A DNA stretch of 64,000 bases from Hydrurus foetidus (lineage: Eukaryota), in NCBI GenBank assembly GCA_900617105.1, contig UYFQ01000004.1, forward strand, positions 310,001 to 374,000. Direction: 5' to 3'. Each line of letters opens with the position of its first letter. Position 1 is the stretch's first letter. The position numbers and the translations under genes are program-made. A model generated the notes under the pieces. That model made no database searches. It was not told the DNA's origin and saw only the letters and a program-made list of their open reading frames with translations. Shown here piece after piece: positions 1-9,742 of the stretch.

Positions 1-102
1 TCCATCCGCAAATCGGCAATGGCCTCATAACCCCGATTGGGGCCGGGGCCACTTCGTTCTGGATTGCCTCCATGCCACAATGCCCAGCCCATGTGTCTTG
101 GC

Positions 103-2076
103 TCATTGCATCTGGAATACCTGGACCCGGTTGCGGCCCTCCGCCTTGGCTTGGTACATTGCAAAATCAGCATTCTTCGCCAATTCGATATCGACGCTGC
201 CATGCTCCGGATAGAGCGCGATGCCGATGCTGGAGCTGATGCTGACCCTATGTTCGTCTAGGGCGAATGGCTGGTTCAAGGCCTCACGGATCTTCTCGGC
301 CACCCGGATCGCATTCTCAGCATTGACGGCCTCGGGCAGGAATACGACGAACTCATCCCCGCCGATGCGGCCCACGGTGTCCGAATCGCGCAGACAGGCC
401 GACATCCGGCAGGCAACCTCCTTCAGAACCAGATCACCGGCGGCATGGCCATGAATGTCGTTGACCGGCTTGAATCTGTCCAGGTCGATGAACATCAGCG
501 CGGGCTTGCTCATATTGCGCTTGGCCAGCGTCAGGCCCTTGGTGACGAGTTCGAAGAACAAGGCACGGTTAGGCAGTTGCGTCAGGCCATCGTAATGCGC
601 CAGTTGGGCCAATCTGTCATGGGTTCGTTTGCGCTCGGTGATGTCGAGCTTGACCGCGACATAGTTGATCGTCGTCCCGTCAGCATCCTTGACCGGCGCG
701 ATATGGGCCTCTTCCCAATAGATTTCGCCCGATTTGCGGCGGTTGATCAACTCCCCGTTCCACAGTTCGCCGCGCCTGAGCGCAGCCCACATCGCGCGGT
801 AGACCAAAGGATCTGTCTCGCCGGACTGCAAGAATCGCGGGTTCTGGCCCAACGCTTCGGCGGATGAATAGCCGGTTTCCTTGCTGAACTGCGGGTTGAC
901 ATACTCGATGATGCTGTCCGGTCCGGTGATCAGTACCGCGGTCGGACTCTGGTCGATGGCGGTGGACAAGACCTTGAGTTGCAAATCGGCTTGTTTGGAA
1001 CGGGCCAGGCCGAGCTTGAGCTGCCGGTTGATGCGGTGGATGTAGACCGCCAGTCCCGTAAGCAGGCCGACCAGCGCCACTGCGATGACCAGTTGGCTGC
1101 GCAGTCGGAGCAGGTCGGTCTCAAGGTCGGTCTCATACAAAAAACCTTCCAGGCTGAAATCGGCGGGCAGCATGCCGATCTCGTTATAGGTGTCGGCGAT
1201 ATGGCGCCAGCGGCCCGGGTTCATATAGCCGACCTCGATCAGGTCGGTGCGCATCAGGCTGACCATCTGTCTGGCTTCGAACTGCAAATGGGAGCGCGAA
1301 TCCGCGGTCAGCTCCGCGCTGGCGTACTTGGACAGAATCAGCTCGATGATTTCATCCGGATGCTCCATTGCATAGTGCCAACCGCGCAGGCTGGCGGCCC
1401 GGAAGGCTTTGACGCGCGCCGGATATAGCCGCAATTGCTCCTCCGAGGTGAACAGGTTATCACCATAGAAATCGATACCAGCCGAGCGCGGCGTATAGAT
1501 CTGATAGGCAAAGCCGGCCAGATCCAACTGATAGGGCTCGACGGTCGAATAGGCGGAAACGGCTTCCGCGCTGCCATCGACCAGACTCTTTGACGAGAAG
1601 TTGTGCTTGATCAGCTTGATATTGCCGGAGGCAATGCCTTCCCGTTTCAGATAGGCCAACAACTCCTCTGACTGCGGCTCCAGCATGATGCGTTTGCCGG
1701 CCAGATCATGGATGGTTTGCCCTGCAGTCAGGCGGCTCGCAATCAGCACCTGCGGTGAATGCTGGAACACCACGGCCAACACCACGACCGGTCGACCGGC
1801 CTTTCTGGCCAGCAACAGGCTGCTGGTGCCCACGCCAAAATCTGCCCGACCCGACAGAACCTCGTCGAGCGGATCGATATCCGGCCCGGCCTCACTGAGG
1901 TTGACATCCAAGCCCGCCTGCGCGTAGTAGCCAAGCTCCTTAGCGGCGTAGTAGCCGGCGAATTGGAAGGCATGCTGCCATTTCAGCTGCAAGCGCACTG
2001 AATCCTCGGCCATGGCAGGCGCACAGCCCAGCGGCCCGCATAGCATGACGGTGATGGCGAGGATTAGAAACCGCAT
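103..2076 (-). CDS. Diguanylate cyclase with periplasmic NMT1/THI5-like sensor, one TM helix, PAS/PAC and GGDEF domains
   Basis: Signal-like N-terminus (MRFLILAITVML). NMT1 motif LQLKWQHAFQFAGYYAA, TM LVIAVALVGLLTGLAVY, PAS (IEYVNPQF...DITERK), intact GGDEF with RDSD I-site. Start chosen at ATG 2076; the ORF is open to 2163. Confidence 0.9.
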   Translation of the reverse strand: MRFLILAITVMLCGPLGCAPAMAEDSVRLQLKWQHAFQFAGYYAAKELGYYAQAGLDVNLSEAGPDIDPLDEVLSGRADFGVGTSSLLLARKAGRPVVVLAVVFQHSPQVLIASRLTAGQTIHDLAGKRIMLEPQSEELLAYLKREGIASGNIKLIKHNFSSKSLVDGSAEAVSAYSTVEPYQLDLAGFAYQIYTPRSAGIDFYGDNLFTSEEQLRLYPARVKAFRAASLRGWHYAMEHPDEIIELILSKYASAELTADSRSHLQFEARQMVSLMRTDLIEVGYMNPGRWRHIADTYNEIGMLPADFSLEGFLYETDLETDLLRLRSQLVIAVALVGLLTGLAVYIHRINRQLKLGLARSKQADLQLKVLSTAIDQSPTAVLITGPDSIIEYVNPQFSKETGYSSAEALGQNPRFLQSGETDPLVYRAMWAALRRGELWNGELINRRKSGEIYWEEAHIAPVKDADGTTINYVAVKLDITERKRTHDRLAQLAHYDGLTQLPNRALFFELVTKGLTLAKRNMSKPALMFIDLDRFKPVNDIHGHAAGDLVLKEVACRMSACLRDSDTVGRIGGDEFVVFLPEAVNAENAIRVAEKIREALNQPFALDEHRVSISSSIGIALYPEHGSVDIELAKNADFAMYQAKAEGRNRVQVFQMQ

Positions 2077-2334
2077 GAAGCCTTGCTGCCTGAACGAAGA
2101 CCTGATGAATATCCAGAACGTCATATAACTGCCCCTGACGGATAACTTTGCGCAGGCAGCCATGTGCCGCTGTCCTTCGCCCTGCGCGCGAATTCAAAAC
2201 CTAATGGCCTGAATGCCAGCAAAAACCGCATCTTCACGCCACCGTCTTTGAGTTGAAGTTTGCATAATGAAGCGGCTACGCGGTACATCAAACAGAGGAA
2301 AGTTCATTTTAAAGCCTCGCGTGAGCCCTGCTGC

Positions 2335-3213
2335 CTACAGCCGGGCGGCCAACTCCCGCAATATCTGCAAAAACTGAACGCCAGCAGGGGTAAGTCGAGC
2401 ATCGCGTCGCATGATGACGCTAACCGACAGCAAGGGTAGCGCCTCACGCAGCCGTATCGGGCGAATGCCATGCTTAACCAGCTTGCGCTCAACCAATAGC
2501 AACGAGAACAGACTGACAAGGTTCGTCTTCTCGATCAGCGCCTGCGTCACCTCGAACGAGTGGCTGGTCAAAATGCGCTGCGGAGTCGCCAACCCATGCT
2601 GAGCAAAGAGATTGCTGATCATCGACCGGTTCCAGCCAGTCCATTCTTCGTTGGCCAATGCTGCCAGCGTGCGCACGCGGATTTTGGGATGCGTGCTGCG
2701 CGCAGCGACCGTCAGCGGCGTGGTGAACAGCACCTCGCTCGTCATGTCCTTGTCAATCGAATCCGGCATGGCTTGTGACACCAAAAAATCAAGCTCGCCA
2801 CTGCGCAACAACGGAATACCAATGGGCAACTGCCCGTCGATGCAGTGCAGGTCAGCCTGCGGCATCACCGCCCGAAACCGCGCAAACGCATCGGGTAACA
2901 GCACCATGGCAGGCAGCGAGGACACACCGATGCGCACCAGCCCAGTCATGCCTTGCTTGATTTGTTGCAGCTCTTCGCGCGCACGGCGACTCTCTTCCAC
3001 CAGCAACCGCGCCCGGATGCGAAAAGCCTTGCCGTACTCGGTCAGCTCGATACCGTGGGCACTGCGGGTAACAAGGGGCACATCCAGACTGGCCTCCAAT
3101 TCGCGCACGGTGCGCGTGACTGCGGGTTGTGACACAAAAAGCTGCCGTGCTGCCGCGCGGATGCTGCCTTGCTCTGCGACCGCCAAAAAAGCATGGAGCT
3201 GATGAGGTTTCAT
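2335..3213 (-). CDS. LysR-family transcriptional regulator
   Basis: N-terminal HTH (FLAVAEQGSIRAAARQLFVSQPAVTRTVRELE), 292 aa, divergent from 3321. Confidence 0.95.
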   Translation of the reverse strand: MKPHQLHAFLAVAEQGSIRAAARQLFVSQPAVTRTVRELEASLDVPLVTRSAHGIELTEYGKAFRIRARLLVEESRRAREELQQIKQGMTGLVRIGVSSLPAMVLLPDAFARFRAVMPQADLHCIDGQLPIGIPLLRSGELDFLVSQAMPDSIDKDMTSEVLFTTPLTVAARSTHPKIRVRTLAALANEEWTGWNRSMISNLFAQHGLATPQRILTSHSFEVTQALIEKTNLVSLFSLLLVERKLVKHGIRPIRLREALPLLSVSVIMRRDARLTPAGVQFLQILRELAARL

Positions 3214-3320
3214 AGGCGATTTTCAAGTATTTTCAGAGGATTCATGGCTATCAGGAAATGTTATCACCAAGACAAAAATTTTGCCTTGTGGTTTTCTGGT
3301 GCCTCACTACAGTGCGCACC

Positions 3321-4415
3321 ATGAATCTCAATATCTCTACCCATTTTTCGACCAGCTACCACGAAGCTCGCACCCAATTCCTGGCGGCCGCCGGGCGGCG
3401 TAACTTGACCGTGCAAACCCATGTCCACCCCCTGCACCGGGGTGCCGAAGGCGAGGAACTGGCCATGGATACCGTGCGCATAGGCCCAGTCAACGCGAAC
3501 GCATTGCTGGTAGTGTCCTCGGGCGTACACGGCGCAGAGGGCTTTTGCGGTTCGGGCTGTCAAGTAGCACTGCTGCATGACGACGAACTGCTGGGCCGCA
3601 TCGCCAAATCCGGCACGGCAGTGCTACTGGTGCACGCCATCAACCCCTATGGCTTTTCGCACCTGCGCCGCGTCAACGAAGACAGCATTGACCCCAACCG
3701 CAATTTTCTCGACTACAGCCAACCCTTGCCGGTGAATGAGGGCTATGCGCAAGTCCATCCGCTGGTACTGCCTGAAGCCTGGCCCCCTACCGCCGACAAC
3801 ATCGCAGCGATCAACTACTACATCGCTCAGCATGGCGAGCGCCACTTCCAAAATGCGGTATCCACCGGACAAAGCACCCACCCCGATGGCCTGTTTTATG
3901 CCGGGCGCGCACCTGCTTGGAGCAACCTTACGCTGCGCACCGTGCTGCGCGAACAAGGCGCAGCCTGCGCACAGATAGCCTGGATTGACATTCACACCGG
4001 CCTGGGCCCGACAGGCCATGGCGAGAAGATTTTTGCAGGCCGCAACGACACCAATGAACTGGCCCGTGCCCGCGCCTGCTGGGGAGCAGACGTGTTCTCC
4101 CCGTTCACAGGGGATTCATTTTCTGAGGCCGTGCGAGGCAGCACCGTGTCTTGCATGTACGACGAATGCCCCAGCGCGACAACCATCGCCATGGGCCTGG
4201 AATTCGGCACGCTGGATTTCACATCAGTCATGACCGCGATGCGCGCAGACCAATGGCTGACCAACCACCCCGAGGCACCCGAAACCCAGCGCCAGCACAT
4301 CAAGCAGGCGCTGCGCGATGCCTTCTGTGTCGATTCCCCAGAGTGGCGCGGCATGGTCTGCGCCCAAACCCGCGTTGCCGTGCTGCAAGCTCTGACGGCG
4401 CTGGCATCTGCGTAA
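3321..4415 (+). CDS. M14-type zinc carboxypeptidase/deacylase-like protein (DUF2817-like)
   Basis: HxxE zinc motif (SGVHGAEG), INPYGF, DPNRNF, DIHTG, late catalytic Glu (LEFGT). Start taken at ATG 3321. Confidence 0.8.
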   Translation: MNLNISTHFSTSYHEARTQFLAAAGRRNLTVQTHVHPLHRGAEGEELAMDTVRIGPVNANALLVVSSGVHGAEGFCGSGCQVALLHDDELLGRIAKSGTAVLLVHAINPYGFSHLRRVNEDSIDPNRNFLDYSQPLPVNEGYAQVHPLVLPEAWPPTADNIAAINYYIAQHGERHFQNAVSTGQSTHPDGLFYAGRAPAWSNLTLRTVLREQGAACAQIAWIDIHTGLGPTGHGEKIFAGRNDTNELARARACWGADVFSPFTGDSFSEAVRGSTVSCMYDECPSATTIAMGLEFGTLDFTSVMTAMRADQWLTNHPEAPETQRQHIKQALRDAFCVDSPEWRGMVCAQTRVAVLQALTALASA

Positions 4416-4441
4416 CGCTCAAGGTATGTCTCTACATCCCA

Positions 4442-4479
4442 TGCAACGCCCCCAACTTCTCCCTGCAACGCCCCCAACT
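4442..4479. repeat. 16-bp perfect direct repeat TGCAACGCCCCCAACT x2, 22-bp period
   Basis: Copies at 4442-4457 and 4464-4479, intergenic before the Bug gene. Confidence 0.8.
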
Positions 4480-4499
4480 GAACTGAAAGAACCCTGCAC

Positions 4500-5495
4500 A
4501 TGCACACCCTTTTGACCCGTCGACTGCTGGTCTTGGCATCCACTTGCCTGCTGTCCATCGCCGCTCCCTTGGCCCATGCCCAACTGGCATCCGGTAGCAC
4601 CATTTCCATCATCGTGCCGTACCCGGCAGGCGGTGTGTCTGACCTGTTGGCCCGTGCCATAGCGCCCACACTGGGCAAACTGCTGAGCCGTACCGTCCTC
4701 ATTGAAAACATCACTGGGGCTTCTGGCAGCATTGCGGCGACCAAGGTGCTCAGCGCACCAGCCAATGGCAGCATGCTGTTCATGGGCTCACCTACTGAGG
4801 CCGTGCTGGCGCCGCTGACGCTGCGCACAGTCAAATACCAAGCTTCCGATTTCCGCCTGATCAGCATGATGAACACCGCCCCGCTGGCACTGTACGTGCG
4901 CGGTGACCTGCCGGTAAACAATGTCGATGAACTGCTGGCCCTGGCCAAACAGTCCACAGCAAAGGAGCTGAGCTATGGCAGCACCGGCCCCGGTTCGTTC
5001 TACCACCTGGCGGGTGACAGCTTTCGCACCGCTGCTGGCATCAACGCCGTGCACATCCCCTACCGGGGCGGCATGCCATTGCTACAAGACCTGATGGGCA
5101 ACAATGTGGACATGACGCTGATGCCCGTGGACGGCATCATCGCCAAGATGGTGGAAGGCGGCAAGATGAAGGCGATTGCCGTCGCCGCGCCCACACGCTC
5201 AGCACGGTTCCCGAACGTGCCGACCTTCGCCGAAAGCAAGGGCCTGCCCCGCTTCACCACACCGCCGGTGTGGGGCGGCGTGATGGTGAGCGCCACCACG
5301 CCGGACGCGGTGGTGGCCCAATTGTTCAAGGCGCTGAGCGACACGCTGGCCGTGCCCGAAGTACGTCAGGCCATCGATGCCGCTGGCGGCGCCCTGCCCG
5401 CACCCATGACGCTGGGCCAGATGTCTGATTTTTACCAAGGTGAAAGCGTCAAGCTGACCGCCTTGGCAAAGGCGGCCAAGCTGGAACCGAATTGA
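4500..5495 (+). CDS. Bug/TctC-family tripartite tricarboxylate transporter substrate-binding protein
   Basis: Signal peptide ending AHA-Q, IIVPYPAGGVSD, ENITGASG, HIPYRGG, PNVPTF. Confidence 0.92.
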   Translation: MHTLLTRRLLVLASTCLLSIAAPLAHAQLASGSTISIIVPYPAGGVSDLLARAIAPTLGKLLSRTVLIENITGASGSIAATKVLSAPANGSMLFMGSPTEAVLAPLTLRTVKYQASDFRLISMMNTAPLALYVRGDLPVNNVDELLALAKQSTAKELSYGSTGPGSFYHLAGDSFRTAAGINAVHIPYRGGMPLLQDLMGNNVDMTLMPVDGIIAKMVEGGKMKAIAVAAPTRSARFPNVPTFAESKGLPRFTTPPVWGGVMVSATTPDAVVAQLFKALSDTLAVPEVRQAIDAAGGALPAPMTLGQMSDFYQGESVKLTALAKAAKLEPN

Positions 5496-5679
5496 GCCGC
5501 ACAGCGCCTCCAACCACCTCAGTCGGCCGAGAAGCCGGCAGGCAATTCATTGGCTGCACGCCCCGGTAAACGCAGCCTGTTCAAGGCCCTTCCGCCCATA
5601 CGGCGCCGTTTTCACGTGTAACTTGCAGGAAAACGGCGTCTGACTTGGCAACAATAGCTGAAATACAAGGAAATTTACC

Positions 5680-6876
5680 ATGTCCATCCCCTTCGCCTCC
5701 CGCCTGAATAACGTAGAAACCTCCGCCATCCGCGAGCTATTTAAACTGCTGGGCAAACCCGGCATCATCAGCTTTGCTGGAGGCTTCCCCGACAGCGCCA
5801 TGTTTGACGTGGCCGGCATACAGGAAGCGGCCAACAAGGCCCTCAGCGAAGAACCGGGCAGCGCACTACAGTACGGCGCCACCGAAGGCTACAACCCACT
5901 GCGCGAGCAGCTGGCCGCCTTTATGGCGACCAAGGGCGTGAAAGACCTAAGCCCCGAAGGCCTGATCGTCACCACCGGCAGCCAGCAGGCACTCGACCTG
6001 CTTGGCAAGACCCTGATCAACCCCGGCGACAAAGTGATTGTGGAAGGCCCCACCTTCCTCGCCACCATCCAGTGCTTCCGTCTCTACGGCGCCGAACTCA
6101 TCAGTGCACCTGTAGACGGCAACGGCGTTGACACCGAGAAACTGGAACAGCTGATCGCTGAACACCGACCCAAGTTCGTCTACCTGATCCCCACCTTCGG
6201 CAACCCGAGCGGCGCGCTGCTAAGCCTGGAAAGGCGCAAGCGGGTGCTGGAACTGGCCGTCAAGTACCAAACCCTGATCGTCGAGGACGACCCCTACGGC
6301 GACCTGTACTTTGGCGACGTCCCCCCGCCCAGCATTTTGGCTCTGAGCCACACCGTGCCCGGCAGCCGTGAACTGCTGGCCCACTGCGGCAGCATGAGCA
6401 AAGTGCTGAGCCCCGGCCTGCGTATTGGCTGGATGATCGCCCCTGCAGCCCTGCTGGCCAACGCCACCATGTGCAAGCAGTTCAGCGACGCCCACACCAG
6501 CACCTTTGCCCAGGCCACCGCCGCGCAATACCTCAAGGCCGGCCGCATGCCCACTACCCTGTCCAGCGTGCGGAAGGTCTACGCCGAACGTGCCCAAGTC
6601 ATGGGCAATGCCCTGCGGAAAGAACTGGGTGACGCGATTGAATTCGTGCAACCGCAAGGGGGCCTCTTCGTATGGGCCAAACTCACCGGCGTTGATGGCA
6701 AGATAAAAGACGGCAACGTATTCGCCAAGAGAGCGATAGAGCAAGGCGTAGCCTTTGTACCCGGCACACCGTTCTTCGCAAACAACCCAGATGCCAGCAC
6801 CTTCCGGCTCAGCTTTGCGACGGCTGATGCGCCAAAGATTGAGGAAGGTGTGGGTCGGTTAAGACGTGCGCTGTGA
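5680..6876 (+). CDS. PLP-dependent class I aminotransferase (LysN/2-aminoadipate transaminase-like)
   Basis: SAIRELFK, ISFAGGFP, PTFGNPSG, EDDPYG, GSMSKVLSPGLRIGW (PLP lysine), FRLSF. Confidence 0.92.
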   Translation: MSIPFASRLNNVETSAIRELFKLLGKPGIISFAGGFPDSAMFDVAGIQEAANKALSEEPGSALQYGATEGYNPLREQLAAFMATKGVKDLSPEGLIVTTGSQQALDLLGKTLINPGDKVIVEGPTFLATIQCFRLYGAELISAPVDGNGVDTEKLEQLIAEHRPKFVYLIPTFGNPSGALLSLERRKRVLELAVKYQTLIVEDDPYGDLYFGDVPPPSILALSHTVPGSRELLAHCGSMSKVLSPGLRIGWMIAPAALLANATMCKQFSDAHTSTFAQATAAQYLKAGRMPTTLSSVRKVYAERAQVMGNALRKELGDAIEFVQPQGGLFVWAKLTGVDGKIKDGNVFAKRAIEQGVAFVPGTPFFANNPDASTFRLSFATADAPKIEEGVGRLRRAL

Positions 6877-6928
6877 GGTACACCGCCACCAGCCCATCAC
6901 GAGGAGCAGCGTTTGATGCCTGACAGGG

Positions 6929-6945
6929 TGCGCCGATTTGGTGCA
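6929..6945. promoter_or_regulatory. NtrC-type binding site TGCGCC-N5-GGTGCA
   Basis: One mismatch from TGCACC-N5-GGTGCA; lies upstream of a sigma54-like promoter of a nitrogen-scavenging operon. Confidence 0.6.
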
Positions 6946-6963
6946 ACCTTTTATTTGCAAATC

Positions 6964-6979
6964 TGGCACGCATCTCGCT
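6964..6979 (+). promoter_or_regulatory. sigma54 (-24/-12) promoter TGGCACG-CATC-TCGCT
   Basis: GG and GC correctly spaced; one mismatch from TGGCACGNNNNTTGCW; about 50 bp upstream of the ABC ATPase start. Confidence 0.7.
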
Positions 6980-6994
6980 ATAAACCCCAAGAAG

Positions 6995-7010
6995 CTGACC
7001 GTTTGGTTAG
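6995..7010. promoter_or_regulatory. RutR/PydR operator CTGACC-GTTT-GGTTAG
   Basis: Imperfect palindrome resembling TTGACCAnnTGGTCAA, just downstream of the promoter; the operon itself encodes a RutR-type TetR. Confidence 0.65.
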
Positions 7011-7027
7011 GTTTATAGTCAACGCCG

Positions 7028-7837
7028 ATGCCAACACCTCCACCCTCCTCTACCGCAGCCCCCAACGCGACCAACGCCGTCGAAGCACGGCAAGTCAACG
7101 TCATCTACCCCGCGGCGGACGCCCCCGTCCACGCGCTGCGCGATGTGGATTTAACGGTCAAGCAGGGCGAATTCGTTTCGCTCATCGGCCCCTCGGGCTG
7201 CGGCAAGACCACGCTGCTGCGGGTGATTGCCGATTTGGAACCCATCAGCTCGGGCACCGTTTTGGTGAATGGCGTGACGCCGCACGATGCCCGCATGGCA
7301 CGCGCTTACGGCTATGTGTTCCAAGCCCCGGCGCTCTTCCCCTGGCGCACGGTGCTGGGCAATGTGATGCTGCCTTTGCAGATTCAAGGGCGCGACAAGG
7401 CCACGGCGCAGCGCATTGCGTTAGAGCAACTGGAGCGCGTGGGCCTCAAAGGTTTTGAGAAAAAATACCCTTGGCAGCTCTCAGGCGGGATGCAACAGCG
7501 GGCCTCCATTGCCCGTGCTTTAGCGTTTGAGCCACGCATTTTGATGATGGATGAGCCGTTCGGTGCGCTGGACGAAATCACCCGCGACCGGCTCAACGAG
7601 CAGTTACAGCAGCTCTGGCAGCGCGAACGCCGCACGGTGGTGTTTGTGACGCACTCGATTGCCGAAGCGGTGTACCTCTCGACCCGCATCGTGGTGATGT
7701 CGCCCCGGCCTGGGCGCATCGTGCGCGTGATTGATTCGACGCTGCCCGATGAGCGGCATCTGGGCCTGCGCGACACGCCCGAGTTCATGGCCTTGGCGCA
7801 CGAAGTGCGGGAGTCATTGGCTGATGGCCACCACTGA
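7028..7837 (+). CDS. ABC transporter ATP-binding protein (NitT/TauT family, pyrimidine-type)
   Basis: Walker A GPSGCGKT, LSGGMQQR, Walker B LMMDEPF, VTHS. Confidence 0.95.
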   Translation: MPTPPPSSTAAPNATNAVEARQVNVIYPAADAPVHALRDVDLTVKQGEFVSLIGPSGCGKTTLLRVIADLEPISSGTVLVNGVTPHDARMARAYGYVFQAPALFPWRTVLGNVMLPLQIQGRDKATAQRIALEQLERVGLKGFEKKYPWQLSGGMQQRASIARALAFEPRILMMDEPFGALDEITRDRLNEQLQQLWQRERRTVVFVTHSIAEAVYLSTRIVVMSPRPGRIVRVIDSTLPDERHLGLRDTPEFMALAHEVRESLADGHH

Positions 7838-8738
7838 ACGCAACCGGTTTTGGCTGAATGCTGTTCCTATTGGGACAGTGTTGCTGGCCGTGCTCGTGCT
7901 TTGGTACGCGGGCACCGTCTGGCTGAACGCGCCCGGCGCCATCGAGCGCGTCATCACCCCCAGACTGGAGCCCGGTGCAAGCTGGACATGGCTGGATTTG
8001 GTGCAGACCACGATGAGCATGCAGCGCCCGGTGTTGCCGTCTCCCCACCAAGTCGCGATCGATTTCTACAGCAGCCTGGTCGATTGGCCGCTGGATTCAC
8101 CACGCAACCTGCTGTACCACGTCGCCGTGACGGCGCATTCCACGCTCTTGGGCTTCGTCTTGGGCACGGTACTCGGGCTGCTGCTGTCGGCGGGCATCGT
8201 GCATTCGCGCACGCTGGACAAAGCGCTGATGCCGTGGATCGTTGCCTCGCAAACCATTCCCGTGCTGGCGATTGCGCCCATCGTGCTGGTGATTTTGGGC
8301 AGTTTGGGGTTTTCGGGGGTCTGGCCCAAGGCGGTGATTGCGATGTACCTGTGCTTCTTCCCCGTCACCGTGGCGATGGTGCAGGGGCTGCGTTCGCCAC
8401 AGAAGATCGACACTGAATTGCTCTACACCTACGCCGCGTCACCGTGGCAGGCGTTTTGGCTGCTGCGCTTGCCTGCTGCGCTGCCGTTTTTGTTCCCTGC
8501 GTTGCGCGTGGGTGTGGCGGCGGGCTTGGTGGGCGCGATGGTGGCCGAACTGCCCACCGGCGCACAGGCTGGGCTGGGCGCCAAGCTGCTGCTGGGGTCT
8601 TACTACGGCAACACGGTGGCGATCTGGTCGGCGCTGGTGATGTCTGCACTGCTGGGGTTGGCATTGACGGGCTTGGTGGTGGGTACAGAGCGACTGGTGC
8701 TGCGCCGCCATGGTGCGGTGCAAGGAGCGGGCAAATGA
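7824..8738 (+). CDS. ABC transporter permease (NitT/TauT family)
   Basis: Multiple TM helices, SQTIPVLAIAP, LRLPAALP, VAELPTGAQAGLG; start overlaps the ATPase end. Confidence 0.9.
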   Translation: MATTERNRFWLNAVPIGTVLLAVLVLWYAGTVWLNAPGAIERVITPRLEPGASWTWLDLVQTTMSMQRPVLPSPHQVAIDFYSSLVDWPLDSPRNLLYHVAVTAHSTLLGFVLGTVLGLLLSAGIVHSRTLDKALMPWIVASQTIPVLAIAPIVLVILGSLGFSGVWPKAVIAMYLCFFPVTVAMVQGLRSPQKIDTELLYTYAASPWQAFWLLRLPAALPFLFPALRVGVAAGLVGAMVAELPTGAQAGLGAKLLLGSYYGNTVAIWSALVMSALLGLALTGLVVGTERLVLRRHGAVQGAGK

Positions 8739-9697
8739 ACGCCAAACAGAACCCGAGCTCGAAACAGCCGCTGAACGTCGCGGCACTGCTGCTTTTCAGC
8801 GCCATCATTGCTACTGCATTCATAGCTACCGACGCAGGTAAAACAAGCGGTAGCACCCTGTTTTGGCCTGGTCTGGCGTTGGTCACGGTGTTAGCAGGCT
8901 GCTCGGTGCGCGCCTGCGCCGCACTGGAAGGCCGCTCGGTCTACGCCTACATCACCGCCGGGGTCTTCGGCCTGTGGCTGCTGTACTTCTGGCAGTTGCT
9001 GGTAGTGGCGTTTGAGGTGCCCCGCGTGCTGTTACCCGCTCCTACATTGATAGCTGAAGCCATTACTGAACAATGGCCATTGCTGCTGAAAGACTTTGTA
9101 CAGACGGTGCTGAAATCCGTCGTCACCGGCTGGGTTCTGGGCTGCGGCCTGGGCTTTGGCGTGGCGGTGGCGATCGACAGGATGCCGTTTTTGCAGCGCG
9201 GCCTGCTGCCCATTGCCTCACTCACGAGCACCGTGCCCCTGGTAGGCGTGGCCCCTATCGCGGTGATGTGGTTCGGCTTTGACTGGCCGTCCAAAACTGC
9301 CGTCGTCGTGCTGATGACCTTCTTCCCCATGCTGGTGTCCACGCTGGCCGGGTTGAAGGCCGCTGGCAAACTGGAGCGCGAACTGATGCACAGCTACGCG
9401 GCCAGCTATGGGCAAACCCTGTTGTCGCTGCGGCTGCCCAGCGCGTTGCCCTTTGTGTTCGGTGCGCTCAAAGTGAACGCCACGCTGGCCTTGATCGGGG
9501 CCATCGTGGCCGAGTTTTTTGGCTCACCCACCGCGGGCCTGGGTTTTCGTATTTCCACGGAGTCGTCCAAAATGCACATGCCTTTAGTCTGGGGCGCGAT
9601 TGCAGTCGCCGCCCTCACAGGTTGCGCCGCCTACGCGCTTTTGGTGTCGCTGGAGCGGCGCTATGCGTTTTGGCATCCCTCGGTGCGAGCCAAGTAG
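8735..9697 (+). CDS. ABC transporter permease (NitT/TauT family)
   Basis: ATGA overlap with the upstream gene, multiple TMs, WFGFDWPSK, LRLPSALP, IVAEFFGSP. Confidence 0.9.
   Translation: MNAKQNPSSKQPLNVAALLLFSAIIATAFIATDAGKTSGSTLFWPGLALVTVLAGCSVRACAALEGRSVYAYITAGVFGLWLLYFWQLLVVAFEVPRVLLPAPTLIAEAITEQWPLLLKDFVQTVLKSVVTGWVLGCGLGFGVAVAIDRMPFLQRGLLPIASLTSTVPLVGVAPIAVMWFGFDWPSKTAVVVLMTFFPMLVSTLAGLKAAGKLERELMHSYAASYGQTLLSLRLPSALPFVFGALKVNATLALIGAIVAEFFGSPTAGLGFRISTESSKMHMPLVWGAIAVAALTGCAAYALLVSLERRYAFWHPSVRAK
8808..8868 (+). repeat. Dispersed GCTA-N9-TAGC element, intragenic copy (permease)
   Basis: TTGCTA ctgcattca TAGCT accgac GC aggtaaaacaa GCGGTAG cacc ctgtttt; translates as IATAFIATDAGKTSGSTLF. 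Confidence 0.7.
9038..9078 (+). repeat. Possible degenerate GCTA-N9-TAGC element, intragenic copy
   Basis: GCTC ctacattga TAGCT, with a local run of AT-ending codons (cct aca ttg ata gct) in the same frame as the other copies. Confidence 0.35.
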
Positions 9698-9742
9698 TTT
9701 TCCCTGTTCTCGTTCCCTGTCCCCCCACCCTTGGAGTATTTG

